Source of the DNA: Pseudomonadota bacterium
GTDB lineage: Bacteria > Bdellovibrionota_B > Oligoflexia > Oligoflexales > CAIYRB01
Direction: 5' to 3'
NCBI GenBank assembly: GCA_031416315.1
Contig: JANOTL010000109.1
Span: forward strand, 64,001-128,000
Length of the DNA: 64,000 nucleotides
The position numbers were made by a program, and so were the translations under genes. The notes beneath the pieces are model-generated. The model was given only the letters and a program-made list of their open reading frames with translations, was not told where the DNA came from and did not search any database. Shown here piece after piece: positions 8,821 through 19,107 of the stretch (positions are counted from its first letter, which is position 1; the number at the start of each line of letters is the position of its first letter).

Positions 8821-10383
8821 CTACTTCTTGTAGGCTTTGGTCAGCGAGCCGTACCGGCCGTCGGCATAGACCTCGAAGTCCTCGACGTCCTTGTTCACCA
8901 CCGCAAAGACTTCCTCGTGCCAAAGGAAGACGTAAGGCAGCTCCTGCGCCACGATCGTCTGGATCTTGTTGTAGGAGTCGCCGCGCTTCGTCGCGTCGAC
9001 GTCGGTGCGCGCGGTGGTCATCAGCTTGTCGAGCTCGGCGTTCGAATACCAGCCGCGGTTGCCGCCGTTCGGCGGGAAGCTCTCGGTGCCGAAGGCGAAG
9101 CGGTAGATGTCGGGATCCTTGAAGCCGACCCAGGCTAGGCTCCACATCTGGACCTTGCCGGCCTCGACGTCGGATTTGAAGCGGCCCCATTCCAAGGACT
9201 CGACCGTGACCTCGACGCCGATCTTGCGCAGGTCGGCGCCGACCGCTTTGGCGATGGCGACGCGTGTGAGGTCGGTCGTGGTCTTGTAATTCAGCTGAAA
9301 ACGCGGCTTCGGGCCGTCACCGTCCGGGTCTTTGAAGCCGGCCTCGTCGAGGAGCTTCTTCGCTTTGGCGACGTCGAGCGTGAGCGCTTGCACGTCCTTC
9401 GCGTAGAACGGGTCGGTCGGCGTGATCAGGGTCGTCGCCGGGACGGCCAAGCCGTTCAGCACGAACTTGATGATCTTCTCGCGGTCGACGGCGTGCGCGA
9501 TCGCTTGGCGCACCTTCACGTTGCTCACGAGCTTGTCGCGCATATTGAAGCCGAGATAGGTCGTGTTCTGGCCCGCGCGCTTGAACACCTTCAGGCGCGG
9601 GTTGGTCTTCGCGAGCTCGGTGACCTTGTCGCGGCTGATGCCGTTCTGCACTATGTCGACTTCGCCGTTGGCGAGCTTGGCGAAGCGCGTCGTCTCGTCC
9701 TTCACGAACTTGATCGAGATCGTCTTCGTCTTCGGCAGGGCGCCGAGGGTGAAGTGCTCGTTGACCTCGAGCTCGAGGCCGTTCGGATTCTGCGACTTGA
9801 ACTTGAAGGCGCCGCAGCCGACGATGCCGTCGGCCTCGCCGAGCATCTCCTTCGCCGCGAGCTTGGCGGGCAGGACGCCGACGACGAGGTTGGTGACGAA
9901 GGTGGAGTCGGGCTCCTCCAGCGTGAAGGTGACCTTGTCGCCTTTGGCTTCGGTCGTCTTGATCTTGGCGAAGGCGCCTTTGCGCGGCGAAGGGTTCTTC
10001 ACGTCCGCGCGCTTGAAGAAGTCGTAGGTCGCCTTGACGTCGTCCGAGGTGACGGGCGTGCCGTCCGCGAACTTGACGCCGGCGGTAAGCACGAGCTCGA
10101 GCGTCGTCGGATTGGTCCAGCGCCATTCGCGCGCCAAGTCAGGGATCGTGCGACCGTCTTGGTCGAAGTCGATCAGAGAGCAGTGCAGAAGATTTTCCAG
10201 GTACTGGCTGTTGGCGTCGATCGCATAGCGCGGGTCGAGGGAGCGCGGCTCGGCCTCCCAGGCGAGGGTGATCCCGGAGCTGCCGGCAACGGCGCTCGCG
10301 CCCTGCGCGAAGCCCGCGAGCGCGAGCATGAGCGGCACGACGGGCGTGGATCTGAGGGCCCGGGAGGGTCGGGTGAGGCGCAT
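8821..10383 (-). CDS. Peptide/nickel ABC transporter substrate-binding protein (family 5)
   Basis: Signal peptide; SLDP; PDLA.EW; VKFADGTPVTSDDVKATY; KVRQAIAHAVDR; AKKLLDEAG. Confidence 0.92.
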   Translation of the reverse strand: MRLTRPSRALRSTPVVPLMLALAGFAQGASAVAGSSGITLAWEAEPRSLDPRYAIDANSQYLENLLHCSLIDFDQDGRTIPDLAREWRWTNPTTLELVLTAGVKFADGTPVTSDDVKATYDFFKRADVKNPSPRKGAFAKIKTTEAKGDKVTFTLEEPDSTFVTNLVVGVLPAKLAAKEMLGEADGIVGCGAFKFKSQNPNGLELEVNEHFTLGALPKTKTISIKFVKDETTRFAKLANGEVDIVQNGISRDKVTELAKTNPRLKVFKRAGQNTTYLGFNMRDKLVSNVKVRQAIAHAVDREKIIKFVLNGLAVPATTLITPTDPFYAKDVQALTLDVAKAKKLLDEAGFKDPDGDGPKPRFQLNYKTTTDLTRVAIAKAVGADLRKIGVEVTVESLEWGRFKSDVEAGKVQMWSLAWVGFKDPDIYRFAFGTESFPPNGGNRGWYSNAELDKLMTTARTDVDATKRGDSYNKIQTIVAQELPYVFLWHEEVFAVVNKDVEDFEVYADGRYGSLTKAYKK

Positions 10384-10499
10384 GCGAAATTCCTTTGGAT
10401 GGCTTTGATCTTGCCTACGATATCAGCTAGGTATTGGGAAGTCGATAGCGTCCGAGAGGCCAAAATGCCGGAAAAACCGGCCCCGCGAGTGAGTTTCAC

Positions 10500-11834
10500 G
10501 TGAGCCAGAAGGTCCCAGTCCGTCCGATCGACTATGGCTTGCGCCGCGAGCGCGCGGCCGCGGCCGCCGCGTCCCACTACGGACCGTGCGCGATCTTGGC
10601 GGTCTCCCAGCCGGCCGCGTATCGCAACTCGACCGTCGAGCACGGCTATCGCCAGGAGAGTTTCCTGCATTGGCTCACCGGCTTCGAGGAGCCCGAGTCG
10701 GCGCTCCTCATTTTGCCGCACAAGCCGGCCGGCGAGCGCATTGTCTTCTTCCTGCGCGAGCGCGATCCCGAGCGCGAGACCTGGGACGGCCGCCGTTTGG
10801 GCGTCGAGCGCGCGCGCGAGCGGCTGGGCGTCGACCAGGCGTTTCCGATGGCGAGCCTCTGGGACAAGCTGCCGGAGCTCCTGTCCGGAGCGAAGGGCAT
10901 CTTCTTCCCGCTCGGCATGGACGAGGTCTACGACCGCCAGTTCATCAAGGCTTTGGCCGCGCACAAGGCGCGCTTCGGCAAGAAGAGCAGCGCCGCGCGG
11001 CTGCCCATCTTCGACCTCGCGCTCATCTCCGGAAAGATGCGGCTCCACAAGGCGCCGGAAGAGATCGACCGCATGCGCGCCGCCGCCGCGATCACACGGC
11101 AGGCGCATGGCAAGGTGATGCAAACCGTGCGTCCGGGCATGAACGAGCGGGACGTCCACGCGCAGCTCCTGGCGGAGTTTCTGGCCGGCGGCGCGGAGAT
11201 GGAGGCATACGGCGCCATCGTCGCGGGCGGCGTCAATGCGTGCATTCTGCACTACCGCGAGAACGACGCGCCGTTGAAGGACGGCGAGCTCCTTCTCATC
11301 GACGCGGGCTCGCAGTACCAATACTACGCGTCCGACGTGACCCGCACGTTTCCGGTCGGGCAGAAATTCACGCCCGAGCAGAAGGCGGTCTACGAGGTCG
11401 TGCTGAAGGCGCAGAAAGCGGCGATCGCGAAGGCGGTGCCGGGCTCCTCCCTCGACGCGGTGCACGAGGAAGCCGTGGCGCAACTGACGCAGGGCTTGAT
11501 CGACCTGGAGATTCTGAAGGGCGAGCGTGACGAGTTGATCCGGAACCGCGCGTTCTTCAAGTATTACCCGCACGGGACGAGCCACTGGATCGGGATGGAC
11601 GTGCACGACGCCGGGGTCTATTACGTCGACGGCAAGCCTTTGCCCTTGGCGGCGGGGATGTATTTCAGCGTCGAGCCCGGGCTCTACTTCGACCCCGCGG
11701 ACGAGACGATCCCCGCGGCGTTCCGCGGCATCGGCATACGCATCGAAGACGACGTCCTCGTCACCGAGACCGGCAACGAAGTGATCACCGCGGGCATCCC
11801 GAAGGAAGTGCACGAGCTCGAGGGGCGGGCGTAG
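10500..11834 (+). CDS. pepP: Xaa-Pro aminopeptidase P
   Basis: YRQESFLHWLTGFEEPES; ILHY; LLIDAG..YASDVTRTFP; HGTSHWIGMDVHD; VEPGLY; GIRIEDDVLVT. Confidence 0.95.
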   Translation: MSQKVPVRPIDYGLRRERAAAAAASHYGPCAILAVSQPAAYRNSTVEHGYRQESFLHWLTGFEEPESALLILPHKPAGERIVFFLRERDPERETWDGRRLGVERARERLGVDQAFPMASLWDKLPELLSGAKGIFFPLGMDEVYDRQFIKALAAHKARFGKKSSAARLPIFDLALISGKMRLHKAPEEIDRMRAAAAITRQAHGKVMQTVRPGMNERDVHAQLLAEFLAGGAEMEAYGAIVAGGVNACILHYRENDAPLKDGELLLIDAGSQYQYYASDVTRTFPVGQKFTPEQKAVYEVVLKAQKAAIAKAVPGSSLDAVHEEAVAQLTQGLIDLEILKGERDELIRNRAFFKYYPHGTSHWIGMDVHDAGVYYVDGKPLPLAAGMYFSVEPGLYFDPADETIPAAFRGIGIRIEDDVLVTETGNEVITAGIPKEVHELEGRA

Positions 11835-13165
11835 TGATGCGCGCCGCCGCGGTGCGCGACCTGCTGCGTGCCGCCTTGGCGCTCGTCGGCGCGCTCTCCT
11901 GCGCGCCTTTGGCTCTCGGCGCCTGCGACGGCGATCCGGTCTTCGTCTACGACTATCCGATCGTCCTGAAGAACCAGGTCGCCCTCGCGGGCCAGCGCGT
12001 CGAGAAGCTCGCGGCGTTCGCTCGCGACGGCGACGGCACGTGGAAGCAGGTGCCGTTGCAGGTCGACGAGGTGAATGCGCAAGGCGACTACGTCCTCGCC
12101 TTCGGTATCCCGTTCACCAAGGCGACCGACGACGGCTGGCTCGACGCCAACGACGAATTGGCGCTGCGCGGCGAGGATCTGGGCCGGGACTTCAAGCCTA
12201 CCGACGTGCCGCAATGGGTGAAGGACAAGGCGCGTGCCACGTGGAAGGCCAGCTTTTGCCGAGGCGGCAAGGTGGCGGGCCACCTCCTCGTCGCCGGCAC
12301 GCACAAAAAAGAAGCGACGACCGAGCCGCTCGACGTCAAGTTCGACGACAAGGCGCAGACGATCGAAACGGCGCTCTACAGCTACAAGTTCGACCGCGTG
12401 CGCCCGGCGCTCCTCGGCGAGGTGGCGATGAAGCAAGCTGGGACGGGGGGGGCGGTGCCGATCATCGCTTCTTCGAAGTTCCTGATGCCCTTGCGCACGC
12501 CCTTTTTCATGCCCGACATGACGTTCGTCGACCAGGATTTCAGCTCAGAGGTCGAGTGCTGGCAGACCGGACCTGTGCGCTCGATCGTCGCCGTCGGGGT
12601 GAAGTACTCCGCGTTTCTGTCCGTGCTGAAGCTCCACCTCTTCAGCGAGCTGGTGTTCTACCGGCGCAAGTTCGAGATCCCGACCAAGATCGAGTTCATC
12701 TTCGATCCGACGACCTTCCTCCGCCCCGGCAGCGGGCTCTTTTACGCCTTGGTGTTCCCGAAGGGAAAGGCCTGGGCGATCGACTCGAACCTCGTGCCCT
12801 TGCCGGCGAAGTCCGCGGCGGAGGTGGTCGACAAGGGGCCGAAGGCCAGCATGACGGAGGAGTTCTACGCGCGCGGCAGTCAGGAAGGCTTCGGGAGCTT
12901 CCTGGTCAAGGTGAGAGTCGACGCCAAGGCTCGCGCCGCGGTGCCGCCGCCGTTCATCATCCGGGCCAAAGACTTCGACGACGCCGCCCTGGCGCGGCAC
13001 TGGGACTGGCTGGCGCAGAGCCGGGGCGACCTCGGCGTCTACCTGGACATCAGCCAAGTCCCGCAGGGCCTGTACGACTTCGGCCTTGACTTGCTCCTGT
13101 CGCCTAAGGCACACGATACGTTCACGGAATACGGCCCTATAGCCGCAGAATGGCTGAGATTATGA
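11834..13165 (+). CDS. Secreted hypothetical protein
   Basis: 443 aa with signal-like N-terminus and coding-like codon usage; abuts pepP and the next gene; motif VPLQVDE...DGWLDANDEL. Confidence 0.8.
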   Translation: MMRAAAVRDLLRAALALVGALSCAPLALGACDGDPVFVYDYPIVLKNQVALAGQRVEKLAAFARDGDGTWKQVPLQVDEVNAQGDYVLAFGIPFTKATDDGWLDANDELALRGEDLGRDFKPTDVPQWVKDKARATWKASFCRGGKVAGHLLVAGTHKKEATTEPLDVKFDDKAQTIETALYSYKFDRVRPALLGEVAMKQAGTGGAVPIIASSKFLMPLRTPFFMPDMTFVDQDFSSEVECWQTGPVRSIVAVGVKYSAFLSVLKLHLFSELVFYRRKFEIPTKIEFIFDPTTFLRPGSGLFYALVFPKGKAWAIDSNLVPLPAKSAAEVVDKGPKASMTEEFYARGSQEGFGSFLVKVRVDAKARAAVPPPFIIRAKDFDDAALARHWDWLAQSRGDLGVYLDISQVPQGLYDFGLDLLLSPKAHDTFTEYGPIAAEWLRL

Positions 13166-13524
13166 CCCAAGACGCCAACCTGAGCGTTCGCATCTCCGAA
13201 GCGCTCTTTCAGAAGTTGAAAACCGAGGCCGAGGACGAAGGCATCGACCTCGGCTCGCTCGTCTCGGAGCTTTTGGCCGAGGGCGTAGCGCTCCGCGCCT
13301 GGGAGATCATCGAGCGCAAGGCGGCTATGCGCGGCGCGTTGCCAGGCGCCAGCGGCCATCGCGAGGCCCAGGCCACCGGCAACGGCAACTTCCGCGGCCC
13401 GCCGAAGCATGGCATGCCGCAGGCGCGGCCTTCCGCACCGCCGGGCAAGGGCAACACGGCCTGGATGGAAGACCGGGCGGCTTTCCTCGAGTACGTTCGC
13501 AATCAAGAAAAACGGCGGCGCTAG
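13162..13524 (+). CDS. Small ribbon-helix-helix-like (HicB-C/Arc-type) DNA-binding protein
   Basis: NLSVRISEALFQKLKTEAEDEGIDLGSLVSELLAEG fits an RHH pattern; ATGA overlap with the upstream stop. Confidence 0.7.
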   Translation: MTQDANLSVRISEALFQKLKTEAEDEGIDLGSLVSELLAEGVALRAWEIIERKAAMRGALPGASGHREAQATGNGNFRGPPKHGMPQARPSAPPGKGNTAWMEDRAAFLEYVRNQEKRRR

Positions 13525-13543
13525 CCGCAGGACGAAGGACGCC

Positions 13544-14389
13544 ATGGAACTCTGGTTCACCGAGCAAGAAAAAGATCAGGTGCGCTTCGGCGTGCGCGTC
13601 GACGGCGTGCTCTTCCGCGGCAAATCCGAGTTCCAGGAGATCGAGGTCCTCGAAACCGCGCCCTACGGCCGCATGCTCGTCCTCGACGGCTGCGTGATGA
13701 CGACGGACGTCGACGAGTTCGTGTACCACGAGTGCATCGCCCACGTGCCGGCCTGCCTGCACAAGAATCCGAAGAAGGCCTTGGTCGTCGGCGGCGGCGA
13801 CGGCGGCACGGTGCGTGAACTGCTGAAGCACAAGGGCATAGGCGAGATCGTCCTGTGCGAGATCGACGGCATGGTCGTCGAAGCTTGCCGCAAGTACTTT
13901 CCGGCCATCGCCTGCGGCCTCGACGACAAGCGCGTCAAGGTCGAGATCGGCGACGGCGTCGCCTACGTCAAAGAGCACGAGAAGGCCTTCGACATCATCA
14001 TCATCGACTCGACCGATCCGATCGGCCCGGGCGAAGGCCTCTTCAGCGGCGAATTCTACAAGAGCGTGGCGCGCGCCTTGAAGCCTGGCGGTCTCATGGT
14101 CGCGCAGTCGGAGGCGATCTGGTTCGGCGACGACGTGCTCGGCCGCATCCACCGGAACATCAGCGCCGGCTTCGCGCACAAGAAGACCTACCTCGGCGCG
14201 ATTCCGACCTACCCTCGCGGCGTGTGGTCTTGGACCATGGCGTCGGCCGAGCCGATCGATCCGAAGAACTTCGACCGCGAGCGCTTTGGACAGGTCGCGG
14301 CCGGGCTCAAGTATTTGACCCAAGACAGCATGGTCAGCGTCTTCGATTTGCCGCCGTTCTTTCGCGCGAAGTTCGCGAAGAACGACTGA
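13544..14389 (+). CDS. speE: Spermidine synthase (polyamine aminopropyltransferase)
   Basis: MELWFTE; KSEFQEI; YGRMLVLDG; DEFVYHE; LVVGGGDGG; CEIDG; FDIIIIDSTDPIGPG; PTYPRG.W. Confidence 0.96.
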   Translation: MELWFTEQEKDQVRFGVRVDGVLFRGKSEFQEIEVLETAPYGRMLVLDGCVMTTDVDEFVYHECIAHVPACLHKNPKKALVVGGGDGGTVRELLKHKGIGEIVLCEIDGMVVEACRKYFPAIACGLDDKRVKVEIGDGVAYVKEHEKAFDIIIIDSTDPIGPGEGLFSGEFYKSVARALKPGGLMVAQSEAIWFGDDVLGRIHRNISAGFAHKKTYLGAIPTYPRGVWSWTMASAEPIDPKNFDRERFGQVAAGLKYLTQDSMVSVFDLPPFFRAKFAKND

Positions 14390-14456
14390 GGTGAAGACGG
14401 CCGCGACCCGTTCGCGGCGCGCCGCGCGGCCTATCGGACTCCTCAGGTGCCGCGGC

Positions 14457-14927
14457 TCACGGGCACTGCCGTTTCACCCACGCCGACCAGACGTTATTGA
14501 ACTCGTTGGACTCCGTGACGGCGGCGCCGTCATCGAGACGGATCGCGATCTGCGTCCACGCGTTCGCCGCCAGCGGTCCGAATGAGCCCCAAGCGGAGCG
14601 GGTCGCGCCGATGCCGAGCGGCAGCTGCGCGAAGCCGTAGCTGCCGCCGCCGAAGGATTTGTTGACGTGGTTGCCCGCGCCGGCCGTGCCGAAGTTGCCA
14701 TATTTGTACTGCGCGCGGAAATACTGCGCAGCGCAAGGCAGGACGAGCTGCTGCTGATGATTTATTGGAACCGTCGCCCCGATGCTCAGATGAGCGACGA
14801 TCGTGTTGCCCGCGAAGCGAAGGTCGGGGAGCACCGCCTTGGTCGCGCTGAACTCTTCTTGGGAATTGCCGCAAGCGGCGACGGAGATGAAGGCTGCGGC
14901 GAGGGCGGCGCCAGTGAAGAGTTGCAT
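14457..14927 (-). CDS. Lipoprotein with CARDB-like Ig domain
   Basis: Lipobox VAAC; PDL start and DDGAAVTESNEFNN end typical of CARDB; AAGGA RBS. Confidence 0.72.
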   Translation of the reverse strand: MQLFTGAALAAAFISVAACGNSQEEFSATKAVLPDLRFAGNTIVAHLSIGATVPINHQQQLVLPCAAQYFRAQYKYGNFGTAGAGNHVNKSFGGGSYGFAQLPLGIGATRSAWGSFGPLAANAWTQIAIRLDDGAAVTESNEFNNVWSAWVKRQCP

Positions 14928-15159
14928 TTTTGAGTCCTTCTGAAGTGTCGGTGAAGGGGCACCGACGGTTTCAGCAAGACCGATGCCAGGGATGCCATGA
15001 CAACACATGCGCCGCCCGCCTCAAGGCTTCCAGGCGATCGATGCGGTTTTTCTCAGTTGCGATCTTAGTCCATCTTAGCGCGCGGCGCGCCAGCGTCCCC
15101 CTCCCAGTGGCTGGTCACTAAGAAGCAGGGCCTTCGCCCGAATTGTACGCTTGGGAGGG

Positions 15160-16104
15160 CTAGTGGTGGATTGAGAGGGCGCGCACTGCGTCCGCGAGCA
15201 TGGCGTGCAGGGCGCCGTCGCTTGGCCGCAGTTTTCCGAGGAACGCGGCTTGGGTTCCCTCGGGGACCTGCGCCAGGAGAAAGGCGAAGTGCTTGGGGCG
15301 CATTTGGATCTGCTGGCTCAGGAAGGCGAGCGCGCGATTGGCGACCATCGCGTCGGCGACGGTCGCGAAGGCGAAAAGGTCCTTGTAGCCGGGGTGCAGA
15401 AGCGACGGAGCGGTCGTCTCGAAGTGGCTAAGAGCCGTGAGGCAAACGACGCGCCGCTCGGCGGTGAGGCCCGGAAGCGCGCTGAGATAGCTGAGGAGGT
15501 CGTCGGCCGCGGCGACGGGATTCAGCTTGATCAGGGCGCGCGCGTACTCCGGATGATGCTCCTCCATCAACGCCGCGCGAATGAGCGGATACGCGTCCTT
15601 GAGGTCGTTGGCCTTCGCCGCGGCGGCGGCTTCTGGCGAGAAGCCGGTCGACGCGCTCTTGGCCGCGCGCCGGCCGATCTCGGCGCTGACGAGCGAAGCC
15701 ATCGCCGAAGACGGATGACGCGCCGCGACTTGCCAGGCGATGCGGCGCACGATCGGACGCTTGGCGACGGCGAGCACCTCGAAGACCCGCGGCGCTTGGG
15801 CGCCGTGCAAAAGCAGATAGAGCTCGACGCCAGCATGGAGCGCGGCAGGCGCAGCGGCGTCGCGGCGGGCGCGGAGGCGCGCGAGCAAGGCGCCTTCGGC
15901 TTCTGCGCTTTCTCGATGGCGCTCGATCTCAGCGGCGGCAGCATGGGCGGCGTCGGAGGTCGCGGCGGTGAAGACGCGGTCGAGATGCGCGTCGACGTCG
16001 CTCGTTCGGGGCTCGGCTTCGAGCGGGTGCGCCTCTTCCGTGGTCCGACAAGCTTGCATGGCGAGCGCGAGCAGGAGCGTGGTTGTGAGACGATGGCGCT
16101 TCAC
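15160..16104 (-). CDS. Hypothetical helical (HEAT-like) lipoprotein
   Basis: VKRHRLTTTLLLALAMQAC lipoprotein-like signal; Ala/Leu-rich helical sequence; downstream of the kinase on the same strand. Confidence 0.6.
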   Translation of the reverse strand: MKRHRLTTTLLLALAMQACRTTEEAHPLEAEPRTSDVDAHLDRVFTAATSDAAHAAAAEIERHRESAEAEGALLARLRARRDAAAPAALHAGVELYLLLHGAQAPRVFEVLAVAKRPIVRRIAWQVAARHPSSAMASLVSAEIGRRAAKSASTGFSPEAAAAAKANDLKDAYPLIRAALMEEHHPEYARALIKLNPVAAADDLLSYLSALPGLTAERRVVCLTALSHFETTAPSLLHPGYKDLFAFATVADAMVANRALAFLSQQIQMRPKHFAFLLAQVPEGTQAAFLGKLRPSDGALHAMLADAVRALSIHH

Positions 16105-16169
16105 GGGCAAGAGGGATCCTTCACCTCGACGCGGCAGGGTCGTGGTTTCGTCACCATCGTCTGACTGCG

Positions 16170-18962
16170 TCAGTGCCGCGTCAAGGACTGAAGCTCGGAG
16201 CCGACACGGCCGAGCTCGCGCGCGACGGCCGGGACGAGGCCACCGGCGGCGGCGAAGTCGGCTTCGCGCCCCGCGGCCTCCAGCTGACGCAAGAGCCCCA
16301 TGAGCTCCTTGGCGCCGAAATGGCTGCAACTACCATAAAGGGTGTGGGCGGTGCGCTCGAGAGTGAGGGCGTCGGCACGCTCCAGGGCACGCTCGAGGGA
16401 GCTCGTGGACGGGGCGACGGTGTCGAGGAAGGCGCGGGCCAGGTTGGCGAGAAAATCTTCGCCGGGCATCTCGGCGTCGAGGGAGTGCAGCTCGGCGAGG
16501 GCCTTGGCGTCGAGCGCACGGGCCGAGGCGGTCGGCGGGGCCAGAGGCGAGGGGGGAAGTGCCGCCGGCGTCGGGATGCCGACCCAGCGCGCGACGACGT
16601 CACGAAGCGCCGACACCTTGACAGGCTTGGCGATGTAGTCGTCCATTCCGGCGGCGAGGCAGTGCTCGCGATCACCTTTCAGCGCGTGCGCTGTCATCGC
16701 GATGATCGGCACACGGGCGCGCGACTCGTCCGCCAGCGCGCGAATGCGGCGGGTCGCCTCGAAGCCGTTCACGCCGGGCATCTGGCAATCCATCAAGACG
16801 GCGGCATAATCGCCCGAAGCGACCTTTGCCACAGCCTCATCGCCGCCGGCGACGGCGTCAGCGGCGAAGCCCATCTTCAGCAGCATGACACTGGCGACCT
16901 CCCGGTTCACCTTGGTGTCGTCGACGACCAGGATGCGCCCGCCGACGCCGACGCCGAGGCCGGCCGAGAGCGCCGAGGCCTCGGGCGCGGCACCCGCTGG
17001 CACGCCGTGGTCTTCGCCGTGCTCGGGCTCGAACCAAAAGACGCTGCCGCGGCCGGGCGTGCTGTCGACGGTGAGGACGCTGCCCATCTTCGCGACGAGC
17101 TTTTGGCAGATCGCCAGGCCGAGGCCGGTGCCGCCGTACTTGCGCGCCGTCGAGGAGTCGGCTTGCGTGAACGGGCGGAAAATGCGCGCCTGCTCCGCCG
17201 GCGTCATGCCGATGCCGGTGTCTTGGATCTCGAAGCGCAGGCGCCCAGGCCCTGCGACGCCGACGCGAACCCTCACCGAGCCGGAGGCGGTAAACTTGAG
17301 GGCGTTGCCAAGGAGGTTGAAGAGCACCTGGCTCAGGCGCGTGGGGTCGCCGACGATGCGCGCGGGAGCCGCTGGATCGACCGCGAGGCTCAGCTCGAGT
17401 TCGTTCTCGTCCGCGCGCGGGCGGAAGAGCTCGACGATCTCGCCGACGGTCGCGCGCAGGTCGAAGGGGACCGCCTCGAGCTCGATCATGTCCGCTTCGA
17501 TCTTCGAGAAGTCGAGGATGTCGTTGACGACGGTGAGGAGCGTCTCGCCGCAGGTCTGGATACGGCTGACGTAGGTCGCCTGCTCCGCGTCCAGCGCCGT
17601 GCCGCCGAGGAGCTCGGCCATGCCGATGACGCCGTTCATCGGCGTGCGGATCTCGTGGCTCATGTTCGCGAGGAACTCGCTCTTCGTGCGGTTCGCGGCC
17701 TCCGCCTCGGCTTTCGCGTGCGCGAGGTCGGTGGCGAAGCCCTCGAAACGGCGCGCCATGGTGTTGAAGGAGCCGCCGAGGTCGCTCAGCTCGTCGCCGC
17801 CGCGGTCGTCGCATCGGACGGTCAGGTCGCCGCGCGCCATCAGCCGCGCCATGCGATTCAGGTCGCGAAGGCGGTAGCGGATCGTGCGCAGGATCCAGTA
17901 GCCGAAGCCGCTGGAAAGGCCGACGCACAGCACGGTGATGAGCACCAGGAGACCGGCGGCCTGACGGACGAGGGATTTGCTGCGCTTCTTGCCTTCGGCG
18001 AGTGCCTCGGTGTTGCGCTTGACGATGCCGCGGATCAGCTCGTCGGTCGCCTGGAAGAGGGCGGTCGCCCGCGCTCGCACCAGCTTGAAGCCTTGCTCGC
18101 CGCGCGGCAGGCTCTTCGACGGAAGGTCGACGCGACTTTGGTGAACCAGCCACTGCCGCAATGCGGCCTCGAACTTCGCCAACGTGGCGCTCGCCTGCGC
18201 CGGGAGAAGCGGCCTGAGCTCCTTCAGACGCAGGTACAAGGCGTTGGTGCTCTCCGCCGCGGTACGAGCACCCGCGACCTCTGCGTTTGCTGGGCGCGCG
18301 TTGACCGACTTCAAGAGCGCCAAGGACTCGGCCGAGACGGAGGCGCAGCTCACGTCCTGCAGAGCCGCTCCCTTTCGGCTCGCGCGACGGTCGCAGCCTT
18401 CCTTGATGGCGCGCATCAGCCGGGTGAGCTCGGCGTAGGTCGGAACCTTCACCTTGCCGTCGCCGCCGTCGGCAGCCTTCAGCTTGCGGTCGAGGCTGAC
18501 GAGCTCAAGCACGTGGCGCTGCTGGCTCAGATACGCGCCGAAGTTTGTCTTGATCGCGTCGACCTCGGCCCGCGTCGGTGCGTCGTCGAGAAGGGCGCTG
18601 ATCGCCTCGATGCGCTCGTTGGCGGCCGCCTGACCCTCGCTCAGGACCGCCTTGAAGCGCCCGATCTCTTCCGGCGTCTGCGCCAGGATCAGGGATTTCT
18701 CCGCGCGGTCGACTTTCAAGATGAGCTGGCTCAGCTCGAGGCCGTATTGGATGCGCTTCGACGTGAAGTCGACCATCTCGGTGATGCGCTCGTCGAGCGC
18801 TTCGAGGTTGCGGACGGAGGTCACGGCGATCGCGATGGCCGTGGCCGCGGCGACGGCGAGCACGAAGACCAGGCGCCCGCGAATCGTCAGGCGGTCCATC
18901 GCCTTGTCGAGCTGACGCGCGACGAAGAGCCAATGCCCTTTTAGGTGGCGCCCATACTTCAT
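16170..18962 (-). CDS. Membrane hybrid histidine kinase (periplasmic helical sensor, HAMP, HisKA, HATPase, REC, HPt)
   Basis: Two TM segments; HAMP ([13 protein letters not shown]); [51 protein letters not shown]; HPt AHTLYGS. Real start may be ATG ~18899. Confidence 0.95.
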   Translation of the reverse strand: MKYGRHLKGHWLFVARQLDKAMDRLTIRGRLVFVLAVAAATAIAIAVTSVRNLEALDERITEMVDFTSKRIQYGLELSQLILKVDRAEKSLILAQTPEEIGRFKAVLSEGQAAANERIEAISALLDDAPTRAEVDAIKTNFGAYLSQQRHVLELVSLDRKLKAADGGDGKVKVPTYAELTRLMRAIKEGCDRRASRKGAALQDVSCASVSAESLALLKSVNARPANAEVAGARTAAESTNALYLRLKELRPLLPAQASATLAKFEAALRQWLVHQSRVDLPSKSLPRGEQGFKLVRARATALFQATDELIRGIVKRNTEALAEGKKRSKSLVRQAAGLLVLITVLCVGLSSGFGYWILRTIRYRLRDLNRMARLMARGDLTVRCDDRGGDELSDLGGSFNTMARRFEGFATDLAHAKAEAEAANRTKSEFLANMSHEIRTPMNGVIGMAELLGGTALDAEQATYVSRIQTCGETLLTVVNDILDFSKIEADMIELEAVPFDLRATVGEIVELFRPRADENELELSLAVDPAAPARIVGDPTRLSQVLFNLLGNALKFTASGSVRVRVGVAGPGRLRFEIQDTGIGMTPAEQARIFRPFTQADSSTARKYGGTGLGLAICQKLVAKMGSVLTVDSTPGRGSVFWFEPEHGEDHGVPAGAAPEASALSAGLGVGVGGRILVVDDTKVNREVASVMLLKMGFAADAVAGGDEAVAKVASGDYAAVLMDCQMPGVNGFEATRRIRALADESRARVPIIAMTAHALKGDREHCLAAGMDDYIAKPVKVSALRDVVARWVGIPTPAALPPSPLAPPTASARALDAKALAELHSLDAEMPGEDFLANLARAFLDTVAPSTSSLERALERADALTLERTAHTLYGSCSHFGAKELMGLLRQLEAAGREADFAAAGGLVPAVARELGRVGSELQSLTRH

Positions 18963-19107
18963 GGAACTCCGATACGGATGGGGTGGTCGCTCGTCGCATG
19001 ATACTACGACCCCCCGCTGCTCCCCGCATCATGCGGCGACCGATCGAAATTTAAGGACAAAACGGCGCCTCACGGGACCGCGAAGCACGCATCCGGCGGC
19101 TGGCGGC

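Noticed and set aside
13162..13524. HicAB toxin-antitoxin module
   Set aside because: No HicA-like or other toxin ORF adjacent.
16173..18944. 923-aa + strand ORF
   Set aside because: Antisense shadow of the hybrid kinase caused by high-GC codon bias; no motifs.
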